From: Hyperthermus butylicus DSM 5456
Lineage (GTDB): Archaea > Thermoproteota > Thermoprotei_A > Sulfolobales > Pyrodictiaceae
Assembly: GCF_000015145.1 (NCBI RefSeq)
Contig: NC_008818.1
Span: 420,001-452,000 of the forward strand
DNA: 32,000 nucleotides
Direction of reading: 5' to 3'
Shown: one piece after another, positions 7,383 to 16,060 of the stretch
Layout: every line of letters begins with the position of its first letter
Numbering within the stretch: the first letter of the stretch is position 1
Translations under genes and position numbers: made by a program
The notes under the pieces: generated by a model
What the model saw: the letters and a program-made list of their open reading frames with translations, nothing else
Database searches by the model: none
What the model was told of the DNA's origin: nothing

Positions 7383-9221
7383 ATGGCAGAGCAGAAGACA
7401 AGCGGCAGGAGGCTTAGACAGCCCATTGTGGTAGTGCTAGGCCATGTAGACCATGGTAAGACCACGTTGCTAGACAAGATACGCGGCACAACCGTTGCCG
7501 CAAAAGAGCCGGGACTCATAACCCAGCATGTTGGCGCTAGCTTCGTACCCGCAAGCGTTATTGAGAAGCTAGCTGAGCCGTTGAAGAAGATTATACCATT
7601 CAAGCTCATCATACCAGGCCTACTCTTCATAGATACCCCTGGCCACGAACTATTTGCCAACCTCCGCCGCCGTGGCGGCAGCGTAGCAGACTTCGCCATA
7701 CTAGTCGTAGATATTAATGAGGGCTTCCAGCCGCAAACCTACGAGTCCATAGAGATTCTCCGGCAGCGCCGCGTACCATTCGTTGTTGCTGCGAACAAGA
7801 TAGACAAGATACCGGGGTGGAGGGCTAACCCGGACACACCATTCCTCATATCACTCCAAAAGCAGGCGCAGAGGGTGAGGGAAGAGCTGGAGAGGAGACT
7901 CTGGGACAATATTATCTCAAAGCTCTACGAGCTGGGCTTTCAAGCTGACAGGTTTGACAGGATTAGGGACTTTACCAGGACCGTCGCTGTGATACCCATC
8001 TCTGCCAAGACAGGCGAAGGTATAGCAGAACTGCTAGCCGTGCTTGCAGGCCTTACACAGCGCTACCTGCAGCATCGTCTACGCTTTGCTGAGGGTCCCG
8101 CTAAGGGTGTCATCCTCGAGATTCGTGAGCAGCCAGGCCTGGGTACTGCAGCAGACGTCGTGATATACGACGGCGTGCTCCGGAAAGGCGACATAATCGT
8201 AACCGGTGGACTTAACGGCCCGGTAATAACACATGTAAGGGCGCTATTGATGCCTAAACCGCTCCAGGAGATTAGGGTTGCCAAGCGCGAGCTAGAGCCC
8301 GTAGAGGAGGTCTACGCGGCTGCAGGTGTTAGGATTGTTGCGCCAGGTCTTGAGGAGGCGATTGCAGGTGCACCCGTCTTCGTTGCTAGGGACGAGGGGG
8401 AAGCTAAGCAGCTAGCAGAGAAGGTTAGGAGGGAGATAGAAGCTCTGAGGATTAAAACTGAAGCTGAGGGCGTAATTGTCAAGGCCGATACGCTTGGCAG
8501 CCTTGAAGCGATGATAGAGGCTCTGAGGAAACGTGACATACCCATACGCTACGCCGATGTAGGCCCCGTAGCTAAGCGCGACGTGATCGAAGCAGTTGCC
8601 AGCAGGGAACTCAACAAGTTCTATGGCGTCATACTAGCATTTAACGTGAAGGTACTACCAGAGGCTGAGGAGGAGGCTAAAAAGCACGGCATAACAATCT
8701 TCACCAACAACGTGATCTACCGGCTGCTAGAGGACTTTGAGAAATGGTATAAGGAGCAGGTAGAGGCTGAGCGGAGGAAGGAGCTTGAAAAGCTTGTGAG
8801 ACCAGGCAAGATAAGACTCCTGCCAGGCTATGTGTTTAGGAGGAGTAATCCTGCAATAGTCGGTGTCGAGGTCCTGGGCGGTGTGATAAAGCCCGGCTAC
8901 CCCTTGATGAGGGAGGATGGAAAGAGAATCGGCACCATTCACCAGATACAGGACAAGGGCAAGGTTATACATGAGGCTCGTGCTGGCATGGCAGTTGCTA
9001 TATCGATACGTGGCCACGTGATGGTCGGTAGACATATCGACGAGGGAGATGTACTTTATACGGATATACCGGAGCAACACGCAGTACTGTGGCTAACGAA
9101 GTTTAAGAGCGAGCTAACAGATGACGAGATGGTGGTGTTGAAGGAGATAATCAAGATTAAAAGGAAGCAAAATCCCGCCTATGCTGTCGTCCTGGGTAAG
9201 CCTCAGGGAGCCAAGCCTTGA
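7383..9221 (+). CDS. infB: Translation initiation factor aIF5B (IF2 homologue)
   Basis: 612-aa ORF with GHVDHGKTTLLDKIRGT, DTPGHE and NKID. A GGTGA Shine-Dalgarno-like element sits about 8 nt upstream of the ATG. Confidence 0.95.
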   Translation: MAEQKTSGRRLRQPIVVVLGHVDHGKTTLLDKIRGTTVAAKEPGLITQHVGASFVPASVIEKLAEPLKKIIPFKLIIPGLLFIDTPGHELFANLRRRGGSVADFAILVVDINEGFQPQTYESIEILRQRRVPFVVAANKIDKIPGWRANPDTPFLISLQKQAQRVREELERRLWDNIISKLYELGFQADRFDRIRDFTRTVAVIPISAKTGEGIAELLAVLAGLTQRYLQHRLRFAEGPAKGVILEIREQPGLGTAADVVIYDGVLRKGDIIVTGGLNGPVITHVRALLMPKPLQEIRVAKRELEPVEEVYAAAGVRIVAPGLEEAIAGAPVFVARDEGEAKQLAEKVRREIEALRIKTEAEGVIVKADTLGSLEAMIEALRKRDIPIRYADVGPVAKRDVIEAVASRELNKFYGVILAFNVKVLPEAEEEAKKHGITIFTNNVIYRLLEDFEKWYKEQVEAERRKELEKLVRPGKIRLLPGYVFRRSNPAIVGVEVLGGVIKPGYPLMREDGKRIGTIHQIQDKGKVIHEARAGMAVAISIRGHVMVGRHIDEGDVLYTDIPEQHAVLWLTKFKSELTDDEMVVLKEIIKIKRKQNPAYAVVLGKPQGAKP

Positions 9222-10558
9222 GATGCACAGATGGAGAAACTCCTTTTTACGAAGCACTTCCCGGCACTAGGCAGGTAATAGAGCTAGCTAAGCTTTACCG
9301 GGAAAGGCTGGATGAGAAGGGGCTTAACCCCAAGCTACACCTGGTACCCTCAATGTGTTGGCGCGACAAGGGCTCCCACGTAGAGGCTTGTGGATATAGT
9401 ATTGAGGCATTAGCAGCCATACCCCTAGAGGAGGGGGAGGCTGCAGGCAAGCCAGTACTTCTCACCCACACTGATGACTTAGCCAGACTGGAGCCGGGAA
9501 CCGTAGCCCTCATACCCCTACCCCTTAAGCTCAGTAAGATCCTTGAAGTACTCGCCAGAGCTGCATGGAGAGGTATCGCCGCCATAATCTTCTACTCCAA
9601 GGAGCTGATAAGACCACCCACTTTACGTCTAACGACTCTTCCCACGCCTCTCACGGTTTCTCTCTCAATTTCTGCTGCCAAGAGACTGGCCTCGTGTAGC
9701 TGGGTTAGGGTTGCTGTCTCCGCAGAACTGTACGAGTGCTCTACACCACTTCTACGAGCTGGAGAGCCGAGGGCACCAAGACTGCTTGCACCACTGGGAT
9801 ATCCCCATGGCTCCGGCATTGCGAACGCTGCACGGCTGGCTGTGGAGTTAGCTACGAGGTTTGCAGAAAAGAGAGGCGACACTAGCTCCGTAGTGCTCTA
9901 CTCCCCGAGGCTTGCTGGCACAATACCCTTTATCGGTTCGACTGCAAACATTGTCTCGACTGAAACGAGTATGTTTGGCAGCTTGCTCGTAAGCATTGAG
10001 GGCTACGGAGACGTTATGGATTCTAGTAGCGTGCTCGATAAGCCCCTCTCTGAGGCCTATACACTGCTCCAGCAGGACATCCTGGCCGCGAGAGTCGGCA
10101 GCATCGAGGATAGCTTCCTAGCCGCTTGGCACGAGCGCCGCAGCACCGACATAGACGGGCTCGCTAGACGCCTCAACAGTATCCTTGACAACTCAAGTAC
10201 CCGGCTAAGGGCTTTGCACACACTTCTTCGAAGGATCTACATGGAGCTTGCTTTGACTCCCTTGACCAGGCTCAAGAGCATAGTGTATCGCACTGCAAGG
10301 CTTATAGAGAAGCAGCAAGTGAACGGACTACTCCCCATCACAGCACTTCTCCGCCGCGCCATAGTGCCTGGCCTCGGTGTTGTATGGGGGCTCGGCCTAG
10401 CACACATAGCCTACCGGACTAACAGATCCGGCTGGGCGATTGATGTTGACTCTGGACAGCTTATTCAAGCTTTCCAAGCTAGTGTAAGGCTCCTCGAGCA
10501 TCGCGACGCCATGTTAGCTGAGCGGTTTTACAGGGCTGTGTTGGGCGGAAACCTGTAG
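9218..10558 (+). CDS. Hypothetical protein (446 aa), family not recognised; weak PA-domain / degenerate M28-peptidase-like pattern
   Basis: Long ORF with ordinary amino-acid composition. Its TTG start overlaps the aIF5B stop (cTTGAga). GTVALIPLP...AWRGIAAIIFY resembles a protease-associated domain, and YPHGSGIANAARLAVELATRF resembles the M28 GAxDxxSG...LLE region but lacks the Asp. The start codon is uncertain; the next in-frame ATG is codon 46. Confidence 0.55.
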   Translation: MRCTDGETPFYEALPGTRQVIELAKLYRERLDEKGLNPKLHLVPSMCWRDKGSHVEACGYSIEALAAIPLEEGEAAGKPVLLTHTDDLARLEPGTVALIPLPLKLSKILEVLARAAWRGIAAIIFYSKELIRPPTLRLTTLPTPLTVSLSISAAKRLASCSWVRVAVSAELYECSTPLLRAGEPRAPRLLAPLGYPHGSGIANAARLAVELATRFAEKRGDTSSVVLYSPRLAGTIPFIGSTANIVSTETSMFGSLLVSIEGYGDVMDSSSVLDKPLSEAYTLLQQDILAARVGSIEDSFLAAWHERRSTDIDGLARRLNSILDNSSTRLRALHTLLRRIYMELALTPLTRLKSIVYRTARLIEKQQVNGLLPITALLRRAIVPGLGVVWGLGLAHIAYRTNRSGWAIDVDSGQLIQAFQASVRLLEHRDAMLAERFYRAVLGGNL

Positions 10559-11394
10559 ACAATCTCAGATGCTATCTTGCGGGCAGAGGGCCAGCTTATG
10601 GAGCCCCCACTGTAGGATACAAGTCTCCTTGCATACTCGTCGCGAGCATACTCGAGTCCTCTACGCAAGTTCTTCTCCATCTCTGCAGCCGGCAACCATA
10701 TCACGGCATCAAGCCTCATTGCTGGTATGCTAGAAATCTTCGCTATTTCGCTCCAAGCCTCTATAGCTGCATCTGGCCGTGACACTATGGTTGATATGTC
10801 TGCATCAGCTATACCGGATGTTACTGTTATTAATGCTACACGCCTATCAACAGGTAACGGTATTCTCTCTAGCCCCCTAACCTCCACGTTCAAGGCTTTG
10901 AAGAGATAGTAGGCCATCTTGCCTGCAAACACTATCGTCTTCTCATGCCTTCTCGCCCTAAGCTGTCTAGCTAGCATTTCAACCAACAAGCCTACATCGC
11001 TGTAGCGTAGCGGATCACTTGCAACATCCTCAAGGAGAGGAGCTGCACGACGTATCCTCAAGAGCTTCTGCTCTACAAGCCTACGATTGCCACGGCTCTC
11101 TGAGAGGAATCCTCTGAAGGCGGAGACTATTTCCTGTGCCGTTCGAGGGAGCCCGGCTTTAGAGAAGTAGCTTGCAAATTCTAGCCAGTACTCCTCCCCC
11201 TTCAACGTGAGCCGATAGCTTATGAGGGCATTAGCTACAATAACTGCTAGAGCCTCCACACCATATTTTTCAGCTAACATGCTGATAGCCTTGTACTGGG
11301 GATCACGCCTCTCAATAACATCGAGGGCGTGTGGGCTAACAACTGCTAGTGCCTCGCCCACCCGTCTAACCCTTAGACCGTTAATGCTGTACAC
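10528..11394 (-). CDS. N-glycosylase/DNA lyase, archaeal 8-oxoguanine glycosylase (AGOG family)
   Basis: 288-aa ORF. ERRDPQYKAI ... ANALISYRLTLKGEEYWLEFASYF closely matches what I recall of Pyrobaculum AGOG (ERRDPQY, NALISYRLxGKGEEHW). The 3' end overlaps the convergent 446-aa ORF by 31 nt. Confidence 0.82.
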   Translation of the reverse strand: MYSINGLRVRRVGEALAVVSPHALDVIERRDPQYKAISMLAEKYGVEALAVIVANALISYRLTLKGEEYWLEFASYFSKAGLPRTAQEIVSAFRGFLSESRGNRRLVEQKLLRIRRAAPLLEDVASDPLRYSDVGLLVEMLARQLRARRHEKTIVFAGKMAYYLFKALNVEVRGLERIPLPVDRRVALITVTSGIADADISTIVSRPDAAIEAWSEIAKISSIPAMRLDAVIWLPAAEMEKNLRRGLEYARDEYARRLVSYSGGSISWPSARKIASEIVYRFPPNTAL

Positions 11395-11587
11395 TGCCCT
11401 GTAACCCCATCCTGGGACAGCGGGATGCTAGCAGGTATAAGGGGGAACCAGCGCTAATACCCCTACCCTCCGCTCTCCAACTATGTATGGGCCGTTGAGG
11501 AGAAACACCGGAGGGAACCCAGCTAGTAGGCCCTCGCGGGTTATGACCGGGGTCGGCGTCGCTGAGGCCCCCTACTTTAGCTAATGG

Positions 11588-12604
11588 ATGCTTGGTGGTG
11601 AGTACGTATTGAAGGTGCATATCGTAACACACACGGATCTTGATGGCGTGGCATCAGCCGCGATATATCTTAGGCTTTCGGGGCTAAAGCTAGGGGTGGA
11701 CGCATCCCTCACGTTCACTGAACCCCACAAGCTCCACAAGACGCTCCAGAGCATAGAAAGTGTCAATCGAATAGTAATAATGGATCTGGGCCCTAACACT
11801 TCAACGATAGAGAAGATTGCTGACACGCTCGCCGGCTTCACATCGAAGGGTGTAGCTGTAGAGTGGTATGACCATCACCGCTGGCAGGAGGAGTGGATTG
11901 CAAGACTTAGAGAGCTGGGGGTACGCGTGCACATAGACACTACCACATGCGCTGCTGGTGTAGTTGCACGGTACGCGCCAAAAGAGCTTGGGATTGATGT
12001 TGACGATTATGCTGAGAAACTGGCGGCAATAACCTGTGCCGCTGACCTCTGGCGCTGGGATGAACCAATGGCTACGAGGCTTTACCGCGTAGTAGACAGG
12101 TATCGTGGAGCACGAGGTGACCAGTGGCGCCGTAGACTTGTCGAGGGGTTTGTCTCGGGCTCCCTCTGGTGGCCCGAACTTGATGGAGCTCTTAGCGATT
12201 ATCTCCGCCTAGAGTTTAGCGGGTTTAACTACGCCCTCCGGAACACTGTTGTACGCGACATTAATGGCTGCCGTGTCGTGGCAGTGCTGAAGAGGCCTGG
12301 GCCGCCGAGTGCAAGTATTCTCGGCAACATTCTACTCTCAAGGTTCTCGGCAGACATAGCTGTCATAGTGAGGGCCAGGGGGAGCAAGGGTATAAGCTTC
12401 CGCTCATCAAGAATTAACGTTAGAGAGATAGCCATTAGGCTAGGAGGTGGCGGACATCCCAAGGCTGCTGGGGCTCCCCTTAGTTTGAGCCTCCCGGAGA
12501 GACTCATAGCACTCTTCTACCCTAAGGTCAAGCTTAAGGCTGTCATGAGGAGTGTTGAGGCTGTGTTAAGGGAGCTTGGGGGATGCGAGAAGCTACGACT
12601 GTAG
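11588..12604 (+). CDS. DHH/DHHA1 family phosphoesterase (NrnA/RecJ-like), catalytic motifs intact
   Basis: All DHH motifs are present: HTDLDG (DxD), IMDLG, YDHH, and GGGGHPKAAG (DHHA1). The true start may be TTG at 11609 (MKVHIVTHTDLDG), about 30 nt downstream of a weak TATA-like tttagctaa. Confidence 0.85.
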   Translation: MLGGEYVLKVHIVTHTDLDGVASAAIYLRLSGLKLGVDASLTFTEPHKLHKTLQSIESVNRIVIMDLGPNTSTIEKIADTLAGFTSKGVAVEWYDHHRWQEEWIARLRELGVRVHIDTTTCAAGVVARYAPKELGIDVDDYAEKLAAITCAADLWRWDEPMATRLYRVVDRYRGARGDQWRRRLVEGFVSGSLWWPELDGALSDYLRLEFSGFNYALRNTVVRDINGCRVVAVLKRPGPPSASILGNILLSRFSADIAVIVRARGSKGISFRSSRINVREIAIRLGGGGHPKAAGAPLSLSLPERLIALFYPKVKLKAVMRSVEAVLRELGGCEKLRL

Positions 12605-13161
12605 CCGGAATAGATCTAGCTGCATCGCCGCACCGGCCTACCGGTGTGGCTATAGCTTGGCGCACCACCGACAAGTGGCGCCTTACCAGCGTCACGACTG
12701 CATCCTATACAGATAGCCAGCTGATAGACCTCCTAGCTGGAAGCGGCGTCCAGATAGTCGTGGTTGACGCTCCCCTAACCTTGCCAGAGACTGGCGGTTT
12801 CCGCCGTGTTGAGAAATTGTTTCTCCGTATTGGTGCACGCCTCCTGCCCCTAACAATAGGATCAATGCGCAAGCTAGCAGCTAGAGCTGCGAGGCTTGCT
12901 AAGACGCTGAGGGACCTTGACATGGAGGTCTACGAGACTCATCCAGCCAGCGTTCTCAGAATAGCTGGCTGCAATAGTGTGGAAGAGCTACTCCGCGTCA
13001 TAGGAATTGATGCTGGCCAGCCACTCCCAGCTAGTAGACATGCTTTGGATGCCGTTGTAGCTGTTACTGTAGCTGTGTGCATCGTTGAGGGGTGTGCCGA
13101 GAGCGTTGCTGCAGAGGACGGAGAGATTTTTTACATTCGGAGAAAAATATGCGAAAGGTAA
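12583..13161 (+). CDS. DUF429-like protein (predicted RNase H-fold nuclease, COG2410-type)
   Basis: 192-aa ORF. VAGIDLAASP..PTGVAIA at the N-terminus and VVVDAPLTLP resemble DUF429. It overlaps the 3' end of the DHH gene by 22 nt. The family assignment is from memory only. Confidence 0.45.
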   Translation: MREATTVAGIDLAASPHRPTGVAIAWRTTDKWRLTSVTTASYTDSQLIDLLAGSGVQIVVVDAPLTLPETGGFRRVEKLFLRIGARLLPLTIGSMRKLAARAARLAKTLRDLDMEVYETHPASVLRIAGCNSVEELLRVIGIDAGQPLPASRHALDAVVAVTVAVCIVEGCAESVAAEDGEIFYIRRKICER

Positions 13162-13216
13162 GAACTACACTACACACGTTCAAGTTTTCTACCGCCCCGT
13201 TCTAGTAGAGAATTTC

Positions 13217-13225
13217 TTTTTATAC
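13217..13225 (+). promoter_or_regulatory. TATA box (tttttatac) for the ferredoxin gene, followed by a GGTGA Shine-Dalgarno-like element at 13250-13254
   Basis: An AT-rich TATA-like element is centred about 40 nt upstream of the ATG at 13261. GGTGA lies 7 nt upstream of that ATG. Confidence 0.45.
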
Positions 13226-13260
13226 CCGCACAAACTGTGGTATAGAAACGGTGAAAAGGC

Positions 13261-13503
13261 ATGGCCAAGCTACGTGTAAGAATCGACAGAGACCAGTGCA
13301 TTGCTGACATGGTTTGTGTGAGCCTATGTCCAGACGTCTTCGAGATAAATGAAGAGGACGGCAAGAGCCAGATTAAGGCTCAGTGGCGCATTGACCCGAA
13401 CAACCCAGCTGAGGGCGAGGTAACTGAGGAGCTCAAGGATTGTGTAACCTCTGCTGCTGAGTCTTGTCCAGTAAGCATCATACATGTAGAGGAGGTGAGC
13501 TAA
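13261..13503 (+). CDS. fdx: Single-cluster ferredoxin, Pyrococcus furiosus Fd-like with an Asp in the cluster motif
   Basis: 80-aa ORF. [27 protein letters not shown] ... [14 protein letters not shown] parallels P. furiosus Fd ([24 protein letters not shown] ... ACPVSAI). Confidence 0.85.
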   Translation: [80 protein letters not shown]

Positions 13504-13539
13504 CACCTACTCTCAACGCATAGAACCGCCTACTCCCTG

Positions 13540-13544
13540 TTTTT
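13540..13544 (+). terminator. Oligo-T tract (TTTTT) downstream of the ferredoxin gene
   Basis: A T5 run lies 37 nt after the ferredoxin stop. Archaeal termination typically occurs at oligo-T tracts. It overlaps the stop codon of the convergent XPF gene. Confidence 0.3.
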
Positions 13545-14253
13545 AGTTCTTGTCAACTTCTCCGCTAACACTGTTCCACTCAGTGTTGAATATCAAGTAT
13601 ATCTCGCGGGCTCTCTTTTCACCGATACCCCTCACCGACATTAGCTCCTGCACACTAGCGTTTGCTATGCGGCGAAGCGTCCCAAACCTTTCGAGAAGTC
13701 TGCGGGCCAGTGTTGGGCCTACAAGGCCTTCAGCAACGTAGAGTATACGCTCGGCTAGGCTCATTGGCTTCTTCTCTACACGCAGCCTCACAACGCGTTT
13801 CTCCTCGGTCCTACCAAGGCTCCTCGCTTTAGCCGCCAACCATGCAATTGTTGCTTGCTTGTTGTGTGTCGGGATTACGGGTATGCCCCAGTCGAGTACG
13901 AGTTCATCTATAACCCTTAACACCGCTGCTATGTTCCACCTTGTCCTCTTTTCAACTAGGCCTAGCCAGCCTTCGAGAACAATGACTGGTTTTATGCCCT
14001 CCCTGGCTGCAGCTTCTCTCAGCCTCTTAGCTTGGTCCCAGACACGGTTATCCCTAATACTGTTGGCGAAGTCTATAACAGTCTTCCTCTCGACGAGCAG
14101 TGCCTTAGACGGGTCTGTTGCAAGGAGGTAGTAGTCGCCTGCCTCCAACTCTTGAACCGCAACGCGCAGTCCACGGCTCCGCAGTCCCTCAACTATATCC
14201 TGGTTCTTTGAAGCCTCACGACTATCAACTATTACGTCGACGGGTACTAGCAA
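13543..14253 (-). CDS. xpf: Short crenarchaeal-type XPF nuclease (ERCC4 nuclease domain plus tandem HhH)
   Basis: VIVDSREA ... GDYYL ... VERKTVIDFANSI (ERCC4 GDxnERK motif) and a C-terminal HhH2 (LVGPTLARRLLERFGTL ... VRGIGEKRAREI). I set the start at TTG 14253 (MLVPVDVIVDSRE); TTG 14274 is an alternative. The track's 14553 start would run through the divergent LOG-like gene. Confidence 0.8.
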   Translation of the reverse strand: MLVPVDVIVDSREASKNQDIVEGLRSRGLRVAVQELEAGDYYLLATDPSKALLVERKTVIDFANSIRDNRVWDQAKRLREAAAREGIKPVIVLEGWLGLVEKRTRWNIAAVLRVIDELVLDWGIPVIPTHNKQATIAWLAAKARSLGRTEEKRVVRLRVEKKPMSLAERILYVAEGLVGPTLARRLLERFGTLRRIANASVQELMSVRGIGEKRAREIYLIFNTEWNSVSGEVDKN

Positions 14254-14350
14254 CTTCCCGGAGAGTATGGGCAAGGCTTTCCTCCCTAGCTCCTCGCGGG
14301 GAGAGCTATTCGTATCAGGTGCCGTGCTATAGGCTGCACGGGTTGAGACC

Positions 14351-14890
14351 GTGACTGTGCAGGTCGGGTTTGCAGCATATAGTGGTGAGCCTAAACCAGT
14401 GCATATAGAGGCTGTGAATGATATTATGGAGGGCCTATTCTCAGAGTGCGAACCGGATACTGTGACAATTCTGCTCGGAGGATATCGCGGCTTAATGAGG
14501 CTTATAGCTGATGCCGCAATGAAGCATGGTGTTGGAAGACTCGTGTTCATCATACCACCAGAATATGAGGCTATGAGCTATCCGGAGGGTTCGGTGGTTA
14601 TCCGTACCGGGCTCGGTGTAAGGGAGAGAAGTAGCATACTCGTCCGTAGTTCTGACGTGCTCGTAGTTGTTGGCGGCGGCATTGGCACCCTCTTCGAGGT
14701 TATGCTGGCCTGTAGCTATGGCATACCGGTACTAATGCTTAGAGGGACTGGGCTTGAGAGTGACCGATTCGCTAACTGCTACAGCGACGGTATTCTCGAT
14801 TCCAGGCTCGGACGCTGCATAGACTACTACAACGACCCGAAGCTCCTTGGTGCTGAGGCCTGCCGAGTTGCGAGGAGGAAGGCTAAGTAG
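14351..14890 (+). CDS. LOG / TIGR00725-family Rossmann-fold nucleotide-binding protein
   Basis: 179-aa ORF. LLGGYRGLM ... SDVLVVVGGGIGTLFEV fits the LOG-family GGxGTxxE motif. GTG start. Confidence 0.6.
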   Translation: MTVQVGFAAYSGEPKPVHIEAVNDIMEGLFSECEPDTVTILLGGYRGLMRLIADAAMKHGVGRLVFIIPPEYEAMSYPEGSVVIRTGLGVRERSSILVRSSDVLVVVGGGIGTLFEVMLACSYGIPVLMLRGTGLESDRFANCYSDGILDSRLGRCIDYYNDPKLLGAEACRVARRKAK

Positions 14891-14935
14891 TCTCTCCACC
14901 AACAGTGTATAAGCGGCTCCAGCGGGTGTATAACC

Positions 14936-16060
14936 TTGTACCGTTCCAGGCTTAGGAAGCTCGAAGGCCTGGCAGAGGAGAAGAATGTCTGCGGAGCACT
15001 AATAGTCTCAGCCTCTAACGTGTTCTACTTCACCGGGTTTAAGGGCGGTTTCCTCCTCTATAGCAGGAATGTAGGGTTTAGGCTGCTCGTACCAGCCCTG
15101 GAGTATCTACGCGCCTATGACACTGTACGAGAGAATGCGCTTGATGACCTGGTCACTGTTGTAGCTTACAAGCCATACGGCTTACCAGGCGAACTAAAAC
15201 TAGACATTGAAGGCGAAGAGATTGTTGAGGGTAAGGCTATAGACGCTATTGCGAAATTTGTTGGCAAGGGGTGTATATTACTAACTGATGCTGATTCGAA
15301 ACAGTTCATCTCGGAGCTTGAGGCTAAGGAGTTGAAACTTCAAGATGCTTCTAAAGACATAGCTCTAATGAGGGCGCTGAAGGAGCCCTGGGAGATTGAG
15401 CGCATGACGGAGGCGGCAAGAATTGCTGAGGCAGCTCTCAACGAGGCACTTGCAAACCTCGAGCCCGGGGTTACGGAGCTTGAAATAGCCGCAATCATAG
15501 AACGGGAGATACGGGTAAGAGGGGCTGAGGACCACTCCTTCCCACCAATAGTAGCGTTTGGAAAGAACACGGTCTACCCTCACGCCATACCCTCTGCTAG
15601 GCGAAGACTCGAGGATGGCCAACCAGTGCTCATAGACCTCGGAGCGGTGTATAAGGGGTACTGCAGCGACATGACTAGAACGGTTGACTTTGGCGGTGTT
15701 GGCGACGAGTTTACAGCCGCGCTGAGAACTGTTATAGATGCTGTTGAAGCTGCAATAGACGCTATAGAGCCCGGTAAGAAGATAGGAGAGGTAGATGCTG
15801 CTGCTAGGAGAATTCTTGAGAAGCACGGCTATGCCAAGTACTTTATACATAGCCTGGGCCACGGAGTTGGAATAGACGTACATGAATACCCGCGAGTATC
15901 AAGCGACAACAATGACGAACTAAAGCCAGGCATGGTGATAACAATAGAGCCAGGAGTGTATATACCCGGTAAGTTCGGAGTTAGAGTCGAAGAGATGGTG
16001 CTAGTGACAGAGCGGGGTCCAAGACTGCTAACAAGGTTCCCACGAGAGCTATGGGTCTAG
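14936..16060 (+). CDS. pepQ: M24B family Xaa-Pro dipeptidase / aminopeptidase P
   Basis: 374-aa ORF with a creatinase-like N-terminal domain. The pita-bread metal ligand pattern is present: VLIDLGAVYKGYCSDMTRT, HSLGHGVGIDVHEYP, ITIEPG and VRVEEMV. TTG start. Confidence 0.9.
   Translation: MYRSRLRKLEGLAEEKNVCGALIVSASNVFYFTGFKGGFLLYSRNVGFRLLVPALEYLRAYDTVRENALDDLVTVVAYKPYGLPGELKLDIEGEEIVEGKAIDAIAKFVGKGCILLTDADSKQFISELEAKELKLQDASKDIALMRALKEPWEIERMTEAARIAEAALNEALANLEPGVTELEIAAIIEREIRVRGAEDHSFPPIVAFGKNTVYPHAIPSARRRLEDGQPVLIDLGAVYKGYCSDMTRTVDFGGVGDEFTAALRTVIDAVEAAIDAIEPGKKIGEVDAAARRILEKHGYAKYFIHSLGHGVGIDVHEYPRVSSDNNDELKPGMVITIEPGVYIPGKFGVRVEEMVLVTERGPRLLTRFPRELWV

Noticed and set aside
7343-9080. 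Several 73-118-aa minus-strand ORFs inside aIF5B (7343-7699, 8063-8284, 8312-8545, 8727-9080)
   Set aside because: All are antisense to a highly conserved GTPase gene and show low-complexity Ser/Pro/Ala/Leu-rich translations.
9295-9882. Two 96-aa minus-strand ORFs inside the 446-aa hypothetical gene
   Set aside because: They are shorter, Ser/Ala/Arg-rich and lack motifs. The + strand ORF is continuous for 1.3 kb, which is unlikely by chance at this GC content. Because the + strand gene is itself unassigned, this rejection is less certain than the others.
11381-11841. Minus-strand ORFs of 83 aa and 86 aa around the AGOG/DHH spacer
   Set aside because: One overlaps the DHH gene start in antisense and the other runs through the promoter spacer. 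Neither has a motif, and their composition is implausible.
14254-14553. N-terminal ~100 codons of the 336-aa track ORF containing XPF
   Set aside because: This part is antisense to the LOG-like gene, is Ser/Thr/Pro-rich and has no counterpart in short crenarchaeal XPF (about 230 aa). TTG starts at 14253 or 14274 give the expected protein length.
15340-15883. 172-aa and 76-aa minus-strand ORFs inside pepQ
   Set aside because: They are antisense to an M24 peptidase with all metal-ligand motifs, and their translations look random.
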